A stretch of DNA of 64,000 nt from Natronohydrobacter sp. (GTDB taxonomy: Bacteria > Pseudomonadota > Alphaproteobacteria > Rhodobacterales > Rhodobacteraceae). Positions 1 to 8,744 of the stretch are shown in pieces (the stretch's first letter is position 1; every line of letters starts with the position of its first letter). The DNA lies in the NCBI GenBank assembly GCA_020832585.1, contig JAFIEL010000003.1, positions 12,399-76,398 of the forward strand, in the 5' to 3' direction. A program made the translations under genes and the position numbers. A model generated the notes under the pieces. That model was not told the origin of the DNA and did not search any database. It was given only the letters and a program-made list of their open reading frames with translations.

Positions 1-2
1 AG

Positions 3-548
3 AGGCGCGTTGGGCACACGCATTTTCATTCGATCCAGATCGGACGGAACCAGAATCGGCTTGTTTGCGGTGGTGTGGCGCGCACCGTAATAGGTCAGAG
101 AGACAATCGTATTGCCACTTGCATTCGTGTAGCCCTGCGCGAGTTCCTGAAACAGGTCGGAATCGCGGAAACTGACCCAATGGTCGAAATCCCTGAACAT
201 GTAGGGCGCACCACCGATCGCCATGGGCCCAAAAGAACGACCGGCGAAAAGCTGACCAGTGTAGATGATGTCAACCGTTCCAAGCCCCAGCCCTTCATTG
301 ATATCAACCTCATTGCCCAGCGACGATGCCGGGAAAACCGACAGGCCAAGGCGATTGTCAGTCGCGGCAACAAGCTGATCATGTGCGGCAACCGCACAGG
401 TATGATACGGTTCAGAGGCCTCATAGACATGCGCCCAGCTCAACACACGGTCGGCCGCCTGCGCCGTGGCAGGCAGTGCAAAAGCGGCAAGCATCGCCAT
501 CATGCTCACGGCACTGCCAGCTTTGCGCTTGAAAACATCTTCGGTCAT
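3..548 (-). CDS. dctP: TRAP transporter substrate-binding protein (DctP/SiaP-like), runs off the window edge
   Basis: Not in the ORF track; translated by hand: MTEDVFKRKAGSAVSMMAMLAAFALPATAQAADRVLSWAHVYEASEPYH...VFPASSLGNE...YYGARHTTANKPI...MKMRVP. Signal peptide, DctP motifs, GGAGGAG RBS upstream of ATG 548. Confidence 0.85.
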   Translation of the reverse strand, partial: MTEDVFKRKAGSAVSMMAMLAAFALPATAQAADRVLSWAHVYEASEPYHTCAVAAHDQLVAATDNRLGLSVFPASSLGNEVDINEGLGLGTVDIIYTGQLFAGRSFGPMAIGGAPYMFRDFDHWVSFRDSDLFQELAQGYTNASGNTIVSLTYYGARHTTANKPILVPSDLDRMKMRVPNAP

Positions 549-577
549 CTTTTCCTCCTCCAAGGGTTTGTTCCGTT

Positions 578-2344
578 TTATGGTCCGGTGCTGAGTCCAG
601 TCACCGTCTGTAACGGCGGTATGGATGTCTCCGCCGCAAACCTGTTCAGTGCCGCAATGGTCTCCGGGTCCAGACGAAGGCCCTCGGATTTGCGGCGCTG
701 CTCCTCCTCCCACTCCCTGTCACCAGCGGCCATGACAGGGTCCGCGCCCGCCTTTCGGGACTGGCGCACCAACCGGATGTAGCGACTGACCACTGACCGG
801 AAGGTATCTGCCGCGCCAAAGGCTGCTGGATCAAGGGCAAGAACAAATGCCCCCAGTCGGCGCGGTGTCGTCATGTCATCGCTGATCATCGGCGGAAGCT
901 CCACGCTCAGCGGCGCATCGGAAAAGGCAGTCGACAGGATTTCAGCAAGCCCCGCCAGTCCTGCGCCCTTGTAGCCGAACAATGCCCCGCCCAAAGGCGC
1001 CAGCATATCGGCCAGAACCGGATCTGTGACAAAGCGCCCTTCGCTATCCGACGCCACCTCGGGTGCAAGTGAATGGCCAAGGGCCTGCGCAAGCTGCACC
1101 CGGTTGAAGGGAATTGAACTTGTCGCCATGTCCAGCAACCACGGACGGGGGTCATCCGAGGGTGCGGCCACGGCGATCGGGTTGGTTCCGTGGAACCGTT
1201 GGGCGCCACCATGCAAGCGCACGAAACTGTCCGAGTTGCAAAAGGCCAGCCCCATCATGCCCTGCTCGGCAATCGCCATTGCATAGGCTCCGGCGGCGCC
1301 AAAATGCGACGAGTTGCGAATTGCGACCGCTCCAAGCCCGTGCTCTCTGGCAAAGGCGACTGCATGTTTCGCAGCCTCGAAACCCGCAACAGCGCCATGC
1401 GCATTGTCAGCATCCAGAACGCCAGCGCCCCCGGTGGCAACGATCATCTGTGGTGCGGGTTCTGGATTGAGACGCCCTTTGCGCAATCCTTCCAGATAGT
1501 GGGGCAGAAGCCGGTAGCCATGAGAATCCACCCCCAGCCCCGAAGCATGGGACAAGGCACGAACCACAGCCGAACGCGTCTGGTCATCTGCGCCAACGGC
1601 CTGTAGCGCGGCGACACAGAAACGTTCCATTTCAGGAAGCATGACGTTGAGTGTGCCGTGATTGTCGGCACAGCCCTGCGCAGACGGACCTATGCGCGCA
1701 AGATAGTTTTCTGTCGTTTCCGAAATATGCTTGTGCAAAAGCGATTGCGCCCGCGATATGTCCGCCGACCTGATCGCATCCAGAATGTCCAAATGGTCCG
1801 AAAACGAGATGTTGTTCAGTTCACTGTCGCGCGAAAGCCAGTTCCGCAGGGCCTGAATGCGGAAAGACAGCATCAGGTAGGTCGTTCGCAGATAGCTGTT
1901 GCCGCATCGGTCGAAGATTGCAGTGTGATAGTCACGATCCAGCAGCCTGTAGCGCAGCGCATCCCCGGCATCGAGCGATGCGCGCATGTCCGTAACGATC
2001 ATATCAAGCGCTGCCGCCAGGGCCTTGTTGTCGCGCGTGATCGCCAGCCCCAGCGCTTCTCTCTCAAGGATCTGTCGCAACTCACCAAGTTCGGCAATCT
2101 TGTCAGCGCCCATCGAGAATACATGCGCCGGCCGATCCGGCGGCATTTCGATCAGACCTTCGCTTTCCAGTTGCAAGAGCGCTTCGCGAACCGGGCTTTT
2201 GCTCATTCCCAGCATTTCTGAAAGCTCTGCCTCGCGAAGTTTGCGGCCCATGGGAAACGCGCCGGAGATGATCCGTTCACGGATTTCTTCCCGTGCGAGA
2301 TCTGACAGCTTCCGTCTTTCGGCCTTGATTGATCGCATCATCAT
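578..2344 (-). CDS. Fusion of GntR-family regulator (wHTH+FCD) and Ldh_2-family (AllD/ComC/YiaK-like) NAD(P)-dependent oxidoreductase
   Basis: N-terminal LREAELSEMLGMSKSPVREALLQLESEGLI (GntR HTH) plus FCD helices; C-terminal GVDSHG, NSSHFGAAG, GTNPIA, LDMATS, GYKG motifs of Ldh_2; one uninterrupted ORF. Confidence 0.85.
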   Translation of the reverse strand: MMMRSIKAERRKLSDLAREEIRERIISGAFPMGRKLREAELSEMLGMSKSPVREALLQLESEGLIEMPPDRPAHVFSMGADKIAELGELRQILEREALGLAITRDNKALAAALDMIVTDMRASLDAGDALRYRLLDRDYHTAIFDRCGNSYLRTTYLMLSFRIQALRNWLSRDSELNNISFSDHLDILDAIRSADISRAQSLLHKHISETTENYLARIGPSAQGCADNHGTLNVMLPEMERFCVAALQAVGADDQTRSAVVRALSHASGLGVDSHGYRLLPHYLEGLRKGRLNPEPAPQMIVATGGAGVLDADNAHGAVAGFEAAKHAVAFAREHGLGAVAIRNSSHFGAAGAYAMAIAEQGMMGLAFCNSDSFVRLHGGAQRFHGTNPIAVAAPSDDPRPWLLDMATSSIPFNRVQLAQALGHSLAPEVASDSEGRFVTDPVLADMLAPLGGALFGYKGAGLAGLAEILSTAFSDAPLSVELPPMISDDMTTPRRLGAFVLALDPAAFGAADTFRSVVSRYIRLVRQSRKAGADPVMAAGDREWEEEQRRKSEGLRLDPETIAALNRFAAETSIPPLQTVTGLSTGP

Positions 2345-2362
2345 CCTCTGAATCCAGCCGAT

Positions 2363-2377
2363 GATATACTGTATATC
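2363..2377. promoter_or_regulatory. Putative GntR operator palindrome GATATAC-T-GTATATC
   Basis: Perfect 7-bp inverted repeat about 20 bp upstream of the GntR-Ldh start; AT-rich TATAC/GTATA core typical of GntR-family operators. Confidence 0.6.
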
Positions 2378-2582
2378 TATGATCGAACGTCTGTCTACGG
2401 ATTTATTGACATCCTTGGGAAGTGTCTTCTTTATCTATTATTATCAGTATTTTGCGCAGTTTTCATTGACACACACCATAGCCTCTGCACTCATCTGGCG
2501 GCGCTGCATCCGAGGCGTTTCAGCCAGAGTTGAATCGCAGATAGCAAAGGTCTGCAATCTGCGATCCATCACTGGTTCGACA

Positions 2583-3323
2583 TCAGTATGTCGCCCTGCC
2601 CCCCGACAGATCGAACACCGCACCAGTGGTGAAGCTGTTTTCACGGCTTGCAAGCCAACAGATCATCGCAGCGGCTTCCGGCAATTCCAGAAAGCGCCCG
2701 CGCGGGATCTTGGAAAGCATGAAGGCGATGTGTTCAGAACTCATCTGATCGAAAATCCGGGTGCGCGCAGCCGCGGGCGTCACGCAGTTGACAGCGACAT
2801 TCTTGTCTGCAAGCTCTTTGCCTAGCGACTTGGTAAGGCCAATCACGCCCGCTTTTGAGCTGGAATAGGCGCTTGCATTCGGATTGCCTTCCTTGCCTGC
2901 AATCGACGCTATATTGACGATACGGCCATAGTTCTGATCCGTCATCATTGGTACAACAGCACGGTTGACATGAAATGTTCCCAAGAGGTTGATCTCGATG
3001 ATACGGCGGAACTCGTCGACCGGGTATGCTTGCAACGGCGCATTTGAACCCGCGATTCCCGCCGAGTTGACGCAGATATCAATCCGACCCCCGATGCTGT
3101 GCGTCTGAACCGCCGCGTCATGAACGCTGGACCAGTCCGAAACATCGACCGGACAAACGAACGCCCCGCCGCCGAGTTCGCGCGCCGTTTCTTCGGCCAG
3201 TGCCGCATCCATGTCCCAAATGGCAATCCGGGCACCTTGTGCCGCGAGGCGCATGGCAACCTCGCGCCCAATCCCTTGTGCGCCACCTGTCACAACTGCC
3301 ACCTGATCTGCAAAATCTGTCAT
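2583..3323 (-). CDS. SDR oxidoreductase, 2-keto-3-deoxy-L-rhamnonate dehydrogenase (LRA5)-like
   Basis: TGGAQGIG, NSAG, YSSSK catalytic motif; GKEGNPNASAYS and C-terminal FDLSGGRATY resemble LRA5-type SDRs. Confidence 0.75.
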   Translation of the reverse strand: MTDFADQVAVVTGGAQGIGREVAMRLAAQGARIAIWDMDAALAEETARELGGGAFVCPVDVSDWSSVHDAAVQTHSIGGRIDICVNSAGIAGSNAPLQAYPVDEFRRIIEINLLGTFHVNRAVVPMMTDQNYGRIVNIASIAGKEGNPNASAYSSSKAGVIGLTKSLGKELADKNVAVNCVTPAAARTRIFDQMSSEHIAFMLSKIPRGRFLELPEAAAMICWLASRENSFTTGAVFDLSGGRATY

Positions 3324-3426
3324 TTCTTCCTCACTCTTCGGGATTGACCCTGTTCAAGTCATCGCAGCGCCGAATTTCGCCCCGCAGGCAATCGCTTGGG
3401 GCATGATGACGGCCAGTGCGCACCAC

Positions 3427-3455
3427 TGAACGGGTCTAACGATCATACCCGTTCA
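3427..3455 (-). terminator. Stem-loop at the end of the large minus-strand operon
   Basis: TGAACGGGT-N11-ACCCGTTCA, 14 nt past the stop at 3470; no clear U-tract. Confidence 0.4.
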
Positions 3456-3469
3456 TCCGCATGTTTCCA

Positions 3470-5020
3470 TCAGGACAGGGCGTCAATCACGGCCTGTGTT
3501 CTTGTCACCAGCGCAACATTTTGCATGGCGTAATCGATGCTGGCCCGGTGCCAGTCGGAATTCATGGTCGAGCATCCATCTTCTGGAATGACCATGATAT
3601 AGCCCTTGTCTGCCCCGGTCCGGGCCGTGTGCTCGATGGACATATTGGTCCAGGCACCTGTTTCGATCAGAATATCGCGCCCGGTGGATTTCAGAATGGT
3701 TTCCAGATTGGTGCCTTCCCACGCTGACATGCGCATTTTCTCGATGACATGGTCGTCAGGATGTGGTTGCAAGCCGTCCACTGGCTGCGCTCCCCAGCTT
3801 CCCCGCACCAGCGCATTGTTGTCCACCACGCCTTCGAACAGGGGTGCATTCAGCGTCATCCCGGGTGCGCCCGGATCGACAACATAGTGCACATGGACGA
3901 CGGGGATGCCCAGATCGCGGCAGTGCTGTGCCAGCCTTGCGATATTGGCAATCGCGTTCTGCTCGCGGCAATGCTCCGGACTACCCGACGCAGCAAATGC
4001 GCCGCCCTCGATTACGACATCATTCTGCATATCCTGAATGATCAGGGCGCAGCGGCTGGCATCCAACCGTAGCTGATCATCATCACCCGACGGGGCGCCG
4101 CGCCGGGCACGCATGAACGGTTCTGATCTTGGACCGATCATCACCGGGATGGCGTACACACTGGTCGAGGCCGTCACATAAAGTGTCCTCCAGTCCGGCC
4201 CACCCCAATGAAAATTCGCGGTCAACTCTGGCACCGCCACTTTGCCGATATGCCTGCCATCAGGCGCATAGACCCAAAGCCCGCCGGGCGCGCAACACCA
4301 GACATGCCCGCCAGAGTCACATTTCATGCCGTCAGGAACACCGGGCAGCAGACTGTCGCGAATTCCGCTGGCAAAGACACGGCCGTTGGAGAGCGTGCCT
4401 CCCTTGCCCACGTCAAAAACCCGGATATTGGCCTGCTCCGTGTCATTGACGTAAAGCAATGTTTCATCGGGCGAAAAGCAGAGCCCATTTGGCTGGGTAA
4501 ATGTGAAACGATCCACAACCAGTTGCGGCTCGTCACCAGGGCGATGATCCGGGGCAAGACGAAACACGCCCTGCCAACCCAGTTCACGCGTCCGCTCGAC
4601 CCCGAAATGCGGCATGCGGCCATACCAAGGGTCGGTAAACCAGATTGACCCGTCAGAATGGATGACAATGTCATTGGGGCTGTTCAGTTCGCGACCCTGA
4701 AAGTGGCTGCACAAAACTTCGCGGGTTCCATCAAGGCGAAACCGCGCGACCACGCTGGTCGCATGTTCGCAAACAATCAGGTTCAACTCGGCATCGAATG
4801 TCATGCCGTTGCCCTTGTTCGAGGGGTTCAGAACCTCGCGAATTTCACTGCCGTCCAGAGAACGGCGAATACTGGCCGGAATATCCGAGAAATAGAGCCG
4901 TTGCTCTGCCGGGTGCCAGACTGGACCTTCGGTAAATACGAAACCGCTTGCAACCTGACGGACCGGAGCATGTTCCGCGATCAACTGCCGGAAAGAGGGG
5001 TCGATTGCCTTATGTGCCAT
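3470..5020 (-). CDS. SMP-30/gluconolactonase domain fused to an isochorismatase-family (cysteine hydrolase-like) domain
   Basis: FTEGPVW, NSPND, QPNG, VPDG beta-propeller motifs; then IIQDMQND, IEKMRMSAW, TGAWTNMSIEHTAR (isochorismatase fold, Ser at the catalytic Cys position). Confidence 0.85.
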   Translation of the reverse strand: MAHKAIDPSFRQLIAEHAPVRQVASGFVFTEGPVWHPAEQRLYFSDIPASIRRSLDGSEIREVLNPSNKGNGMTFDAELNLIVCEHATSVVARFRLDGTREVLCSHFQGRELNSPNDIVIHSDGSIWFTDPWYGRMPHFGVERTRELGWQGVFRLAPDHRPGDEPQLVVDRFTFTQPNGLCFSPDETLLYVNDTEQANIRVFDVGKGGTLSNGRVFASGIRDSLLPGVPDGMKCDSGGHVWCCAPGGLWVYAPDGRHIGKVAVPELTANFHWGGPDWRTLYVTASTSVYAIPVMIGPRSEPFMRARRGAPSGDDDQLRLDASRCALIIQDMQNDVVIEGGAFAASGSPEHCREQNAIANIARLAQHCRDLGIPVVHVHYVVDPGAPGMTLNAPLFEGVVDNNALVRGSWGAQPVDGLQPHPDDHVIEKMRMSAWEGTNLETILKSTGRDILIETGAWTNMSIEHTARTGADKGYIMVIPEDGCSTMNSDWHRASIDYAMQNVALVTRTQAVIDALS

Positions 5021-5031
5021 GACCGATCCCC

Positions 5032-5883
5032 TCAGGCCGGAAACCAGTCGCGGCGTGGCACTGATTGCGACACCGGACCGGGAACCGCCATATCCATCCG
5101 TCCAATCACACGCCCGCCCTCTATCTTGGCGGGCTTGTCATGCACCGGAAGCAAGAATTTTGACTGTGAATACATCAACTTGCGCATTGCTGCCTTCTCA
5201 CCGCGCTTGCTGCCGCCATGATTGCCGGTCACTTGATACTCTTCGGGACCAAAACTGCGCACGGGATCGATGATCTGATCGTTGAAATCATAAATCACAT
5301 CACCACAAATCGTGGCGCGTCCTTCATCCGTCTCGACATGCACATTCATTGATCCTTCGGTATGTGCGCCTGCCGCGTCCATCGTAATACCCGGCAGAAT
5401 CTCGATTTCGCCAGAGATTTCGAGATCTTCCAGCCGCAGCGCACCGGGTGTGTGCAGGCGTTCGACAAGATGAATGATGTCGGGCTTGGGATACTGCGGA
5501 TGCATCAACCCAGAGACCGAGTATTCCAGCTCGCGCCGGTTGATCACCACGGTCGTATTCATCGGAAAACAATCGTCCTTGCCGGCATGGTCGATATGCA
5601 GATGGGTGTGCAGGATGTAACGCACGTCACCCACCTTGACACCGTGATTTGCAAGCTGGCGCTCGATCATGTTTTCATGGAACTGCAGCCCGCGCATGCC
5701 CAGAGAGCCCATGATCGCATTGTCGCGGTAGCCAGTATCGACGACGACCGGATAGGTGCTGCCAAGGATCAGGAAGCCATAGACCGGCACCCGACGCACC
5801 CGACCGCAATCCCGTCCCAGCACCAGAAAAGAGCTTTCCAGCTCGATATCGCCAAAATCCAGAACCTTGATTTCAAGTCCCAT
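5032..5883 (-). CDS. MBL-fold hydrolase, N-acyl-homoserine lactonase/4-pyridoxolactonase-like family
   Basis: VDTG, THLHIDHAG (HxHxDH), AHTEG, CGDVIY, PVHD metal ligands. Confidence 0.85.
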   Translation of the reverse strand: MGLEIKVLDFGDIELESSFLVLGRDCGRVRRVPVYGFLILGSTYPVVVDTGYRDNAIMGSLGMRGLQFHENMIERQLANHGVKVGDVRYILHTHLHIDHAGKDDCFPMNTTVVINRRELEYSVSGLMHPQYPKPDIIHLVERLHTPGALRLEDLEISGEIEILPGITMDAAGAHTEGSMNVHVETDEGRATICGDVIYDFNDQIIDPVRSFGPEEYQVTGNHGGSKRGEKAAMRKLMYSQSKFLLPVHDKPAKIEGGRVIGRMDMAVPGPVSQSVPRRDWFPA

Positions 5884-6781
5884 CCTGTCCTCCCTGAAGG
5901 TTCAGCCGGTAAACCCGGCATGCTGTATCGTGAAAAATCGCGGACTGCGCGTGCTGGGGCAGCCCTGCCGCTGCGGCGCGATGCGCCGCCACAAGCGAAG
6001 GGTAGTCGGTCCAAAGCTTTTCGATAGGAAAATTCGAACCCCAAAGGCAGCGTTCAGGCCCGAACAGCGCCACGGTCTCGCGCCAAAGCCACGCGATCAG
6101 ATCGGGATCGACCCGGTGCACGAATGTGCCAAAACCCGACAGCTTGACACAGACATTGCGATGGGTCGCAAGCCGCGTCATGGCCTGCCGCCACCCAGCC
6201 CGCCCCGGCTCTGACAAATCTTCCAGCATCCCGGCATGTTGCAGGATAAAGGTCACGTCCGGGCAGCTTTCCACCAGACGGCCGGCATGCGCCATCTGGC
6301 CCCCAAAAACCTGCAGATCGAAACTGAGCCCATATTGCGCAAGATATCCGACATTGCGGATGACAGCCGCATCCGCACACAGATCAGGGCGCGGCGCAAA
6401 GCGGTATTGCGGGGTTTCATGCCAGTGGAACTGTTGGCGGATCCCCCGAAGCAACGGATTGACTGCCAATCTGTCCAGTGCGGGGCGCGCATCGGCGGCG
6501 GTCATGTCGGCATAGGCCACCAGCCCCTGCGGCCAGCCCGTCTCGCGCGCCAGCGACGCAATCCAAGCAGCCTCTTTCCCGGCCTGTTCAGGGGGCCAAT
6601 TGGCCTGCACATAGACTGCGCCCACGACGCCCTGTTCCGCGATATCGTCCAGGTATTCCGTGATGGGGTAGTCACGGCGCAAAGGCTCGTAAGGGCCAAA
6701 AATGCGCGGCTGCATCGGGCCTGCCAGCCAAGGCAGATCAGCCTGCCGCCAGACATGAAAATGTGAATCGATCAGTTTCAT
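5873..6781 (-). CDS. Amidohydrolase_2 (COG3618-like, sugar/aromatic lactonase family)
   Basis: IDSHFHVW, RGIR, SFDLQ, LQHAG, VKLSG, WGSNFP; overlaps both neighbours. Confidence 0.8.
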   Translation of the reverse strand: MKLIDSHFHVWRQADLPWLAGPMQPRIFGPYEPLRRDYPITEYLDDIAEQGVVGAVYVQANWPPEQAGKEAAWIASLARETGWPQGLVAYADMTAADARPALDRLAVNPLLRGIRQQFHWHETPQYRFAPRPDLCADAAVIRNVGYLAQYGLSFDLQVFGGQMAHAGRLVESCPDVTFILQHAGMLEDLSEPGRAGWRQAMTRLATHRNVCVKLSGFGTFVHRVDPDLIAWLWRETVALFGPERCLWGSNFPIEKLWTDYPSLVAAHRAAAAGLPQHAQSAIFHDTACRVYRLNLQGGQDGT

Positions 6782-7866
6782 CGCGCCGCCCTCCCGAAAG
6801 CGAGTATTTCGCGGGCGAGCGCGTCTTGTGTGTCCCCTTGGGCCAGATGGTCAAGATAGGGCAGCACTGCACGCATGGCCGCTGTCTGCGGTTGAAAATC
6901 CGGATCTGCCACCAGTGGGTTGAGCCACAGGATATACTGGGCAAGTCCGCGCATCCGCGCCATCGCGCCAACGAGCGCATCAGGCTGGCCGCGCTCCAGC
7001 CCGTCTGACAGCACAATCACCCATGCGCCACGCGCAAAGGCTGCGAAGCGCGGGACTGACAGATACACCTGAAGCGCCTCGCCCAGACGCGTGCCGCCGT
7101 CCCAGTCAGCTACCAACCCTGACGCCTGTTCAAGTGCCCGATCCACATCCCGCAGACGCAAGGCGCGGCTGACGCGTGTCAGTCGCGTCCCAAGGGTGAA
7201 CACCTCTGCCTGTTCGGCACCGCGCATCACCGCATGGGCTATGCGCAATGCGCCTTCGGTCTGGGCCTTCATGCTGCCGGATACATCGATCAGCCACAGC
7301 ACCTTGCGCGGACGCGCGCGACGGGCACGCGACGGCAGGCGCGTGATCTCGCCATCGCGGCGCAACATCTGGCGGAAAGCCCGCGACGGGTCCGGGCGGT
7401 TGCCCTTGGCAGCGCGAAAACGACGGGACCGCCGGCGGGGCAACGCAGCGGGAAGCGCGTGGGAAAACGCAGCAAGCGACCCCTTGGCCAGAAGCTGGCG
7501 CTGGAACAGACGCTCGGCGCGCGTGGCCTCGGCCCCGGACGGGTCCTCTTCGCCCGCGTCGATCTGCATTTCCGTGTCACCGGCATCAAAGGCAGGTGGC
7601 ATTTCCTCGGGCATACCCTCGGCGGGCGCATGCAGGGCGCGACCCAGAAACACCGCGTCAAAAACCGCATCGAATATCTCGGCGCGTTCTGGTCCGGGCC
7701 CATAGATCGCGAAGGCCGCGCGCCGGATGTCATGGATCGAGCGCGGACCCAGCAGACCAACCGCAGCCAGAAAGCCCTGTGTCTGTTCCGGTGCCGCTGG
7801 AAAGCCCATGGCACGCAGCGCAGGCGGGAACGCCATGAAAGGGGCCAGCGCTGTTGGCGGGGTCAT
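6778..7866 (-). CDS. VWA domain protein (CoxE-like)
   Basis: MIDAS DVSGSM, WDGGTRLG, LSDGLERG, WLNPL; start moved to 7866 (ATGA overlap with the MoxR stop). Confidence 0.85.
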   Translation of the reverse strand: MTPPTALAPFMAFPPALRAMGFPAAPEQTQGFLAAVGLLGPRSIHDIRRAAFAIYGPGPERAEIFDAVFDAVFLGRALHAPAEGMPEEMPPAFDAGDTEMQIDAGEEDPSGAEATRAERLFQRQLLAKGSLAAFSHALPAALPRRRSRRFRAAKGNRPDPSRAFRQMLRRDGEITRLPSRARRARPRKVLWLIDVSGSMKAQTEGALRIAHAVMRGAEQAEVFTLGTRLTRVSRALRLRDVDRALEQASGLVADWDGGTRLGEALQVYLSVPRFAAFARGAWVIVLSDGLERGQPDALVGAMARMRGLAQYILWLNPLVADPDFQPQTAAMRAVLPYLDHLAQGDTQDALAREILAFGRAAR

Positions 7867-8744
7867 GCGGCATTCCCCCCGACAAGCGCATCCATACGCG
7901 GCGCGATCCATGCCAGATCATCCTGATCCTTGATCGCCACGCCGATTGCGCGGGCAAAGGCGCGCGGCCAGGGCACGCCCTGCGCATTCAAGAGTGTTGC
8001 CGCCTCGGCCCATTCCACGGTTTCAGCCACACCGGGTGGCTTGGCCAGTGGTTCTTCGCGCAGACGCCCAACCGCAGCGACCACCCGTCGCGCCGTATCC
8101 GCCGCCACGCTGGAGGCACGCATCGTGACGATCTGTGCCTCCAGCGCCGGATCGGGGTAGTCAATCCAATGATAGACGCAACGACGGCGCAGGGCTTCGT
8201 GCAATTCGCGCGTGCGGTTCGATGTCAGGATCACGACGGGCGGCTGTGCCGCGCGGATGGTGCCACGTTCCGGGATGGAGATCGTGAAATCAGACAGGAA
8301 TTCCAGCAGGAACGCCTCGAATTCCGGGTCAGAGCGGTCGATCTCGTCGATCAGCAGCACCCGGTCGCGCGGGGCCTGCAAGGCCTGCAACAAGGGCCGC
8401 GCAAGCAGGTATTCATCGGCATAAAGGTTGACATAACCCTCGCCTGCTTGCCGGATCGCCAGCATCTGGCGCGGGAAGTTCCAGTCATAGACCGCGGCTG
8501 CCGCATCGATCCCTTCATAACATTGCAACCGGACCAGTTCACGCCCCAGCACTGAAGCCAGTGCCTTGGCGGCTTCGGTCTTGCCGACTCCGGGCGCACC
8601 TTCCAGCAGCAGGGGTTTGCCAAGCGCCAATGCCAGATAGGCCGCTGTTGCCAGACCGTCATCGGCGATATACTGCGCCTCGCGCAACGCATGGGCGAGA
8701 GGATCGGGCCCGTCAATGCCCTGTATCGCGCGGGTGACGGCCAT
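7863..8744 (-). CDS. MoxR-family AAA+ ATPase (CoxD-like)
   Basis: Walker A GAPGVGKT, RLQCYEGID, Walker B LLIDEIDR, LTSNRTRELHEALRRRC. Confidence 0.9.
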   Translation of the reverse strand: MAVTRAIQGIDGPDPLAHALREAQYIADDGLATAAYLALALGKPLLLEGAPGVGKTEAAKALASVLGRELVRLQCYEGIDAAAAVYDWNFPRQMLAIRQAGEGYVNLYADEYLLARPLLQALQAPRDRVLLIDEIDRSDPEFEAFLLEFLSDFTISIPERGTIRAAQPPVVILTSNRTRELHEALRRRCVYHWIDYPDPALEAQIVTMRASSVAADTARRVVAAVGRLREEPLAKPPGVAETVEWAEAATLLNAQGVPWPRAFARAIGVAIKDQDDLAWIAPRMDALVGGNAA

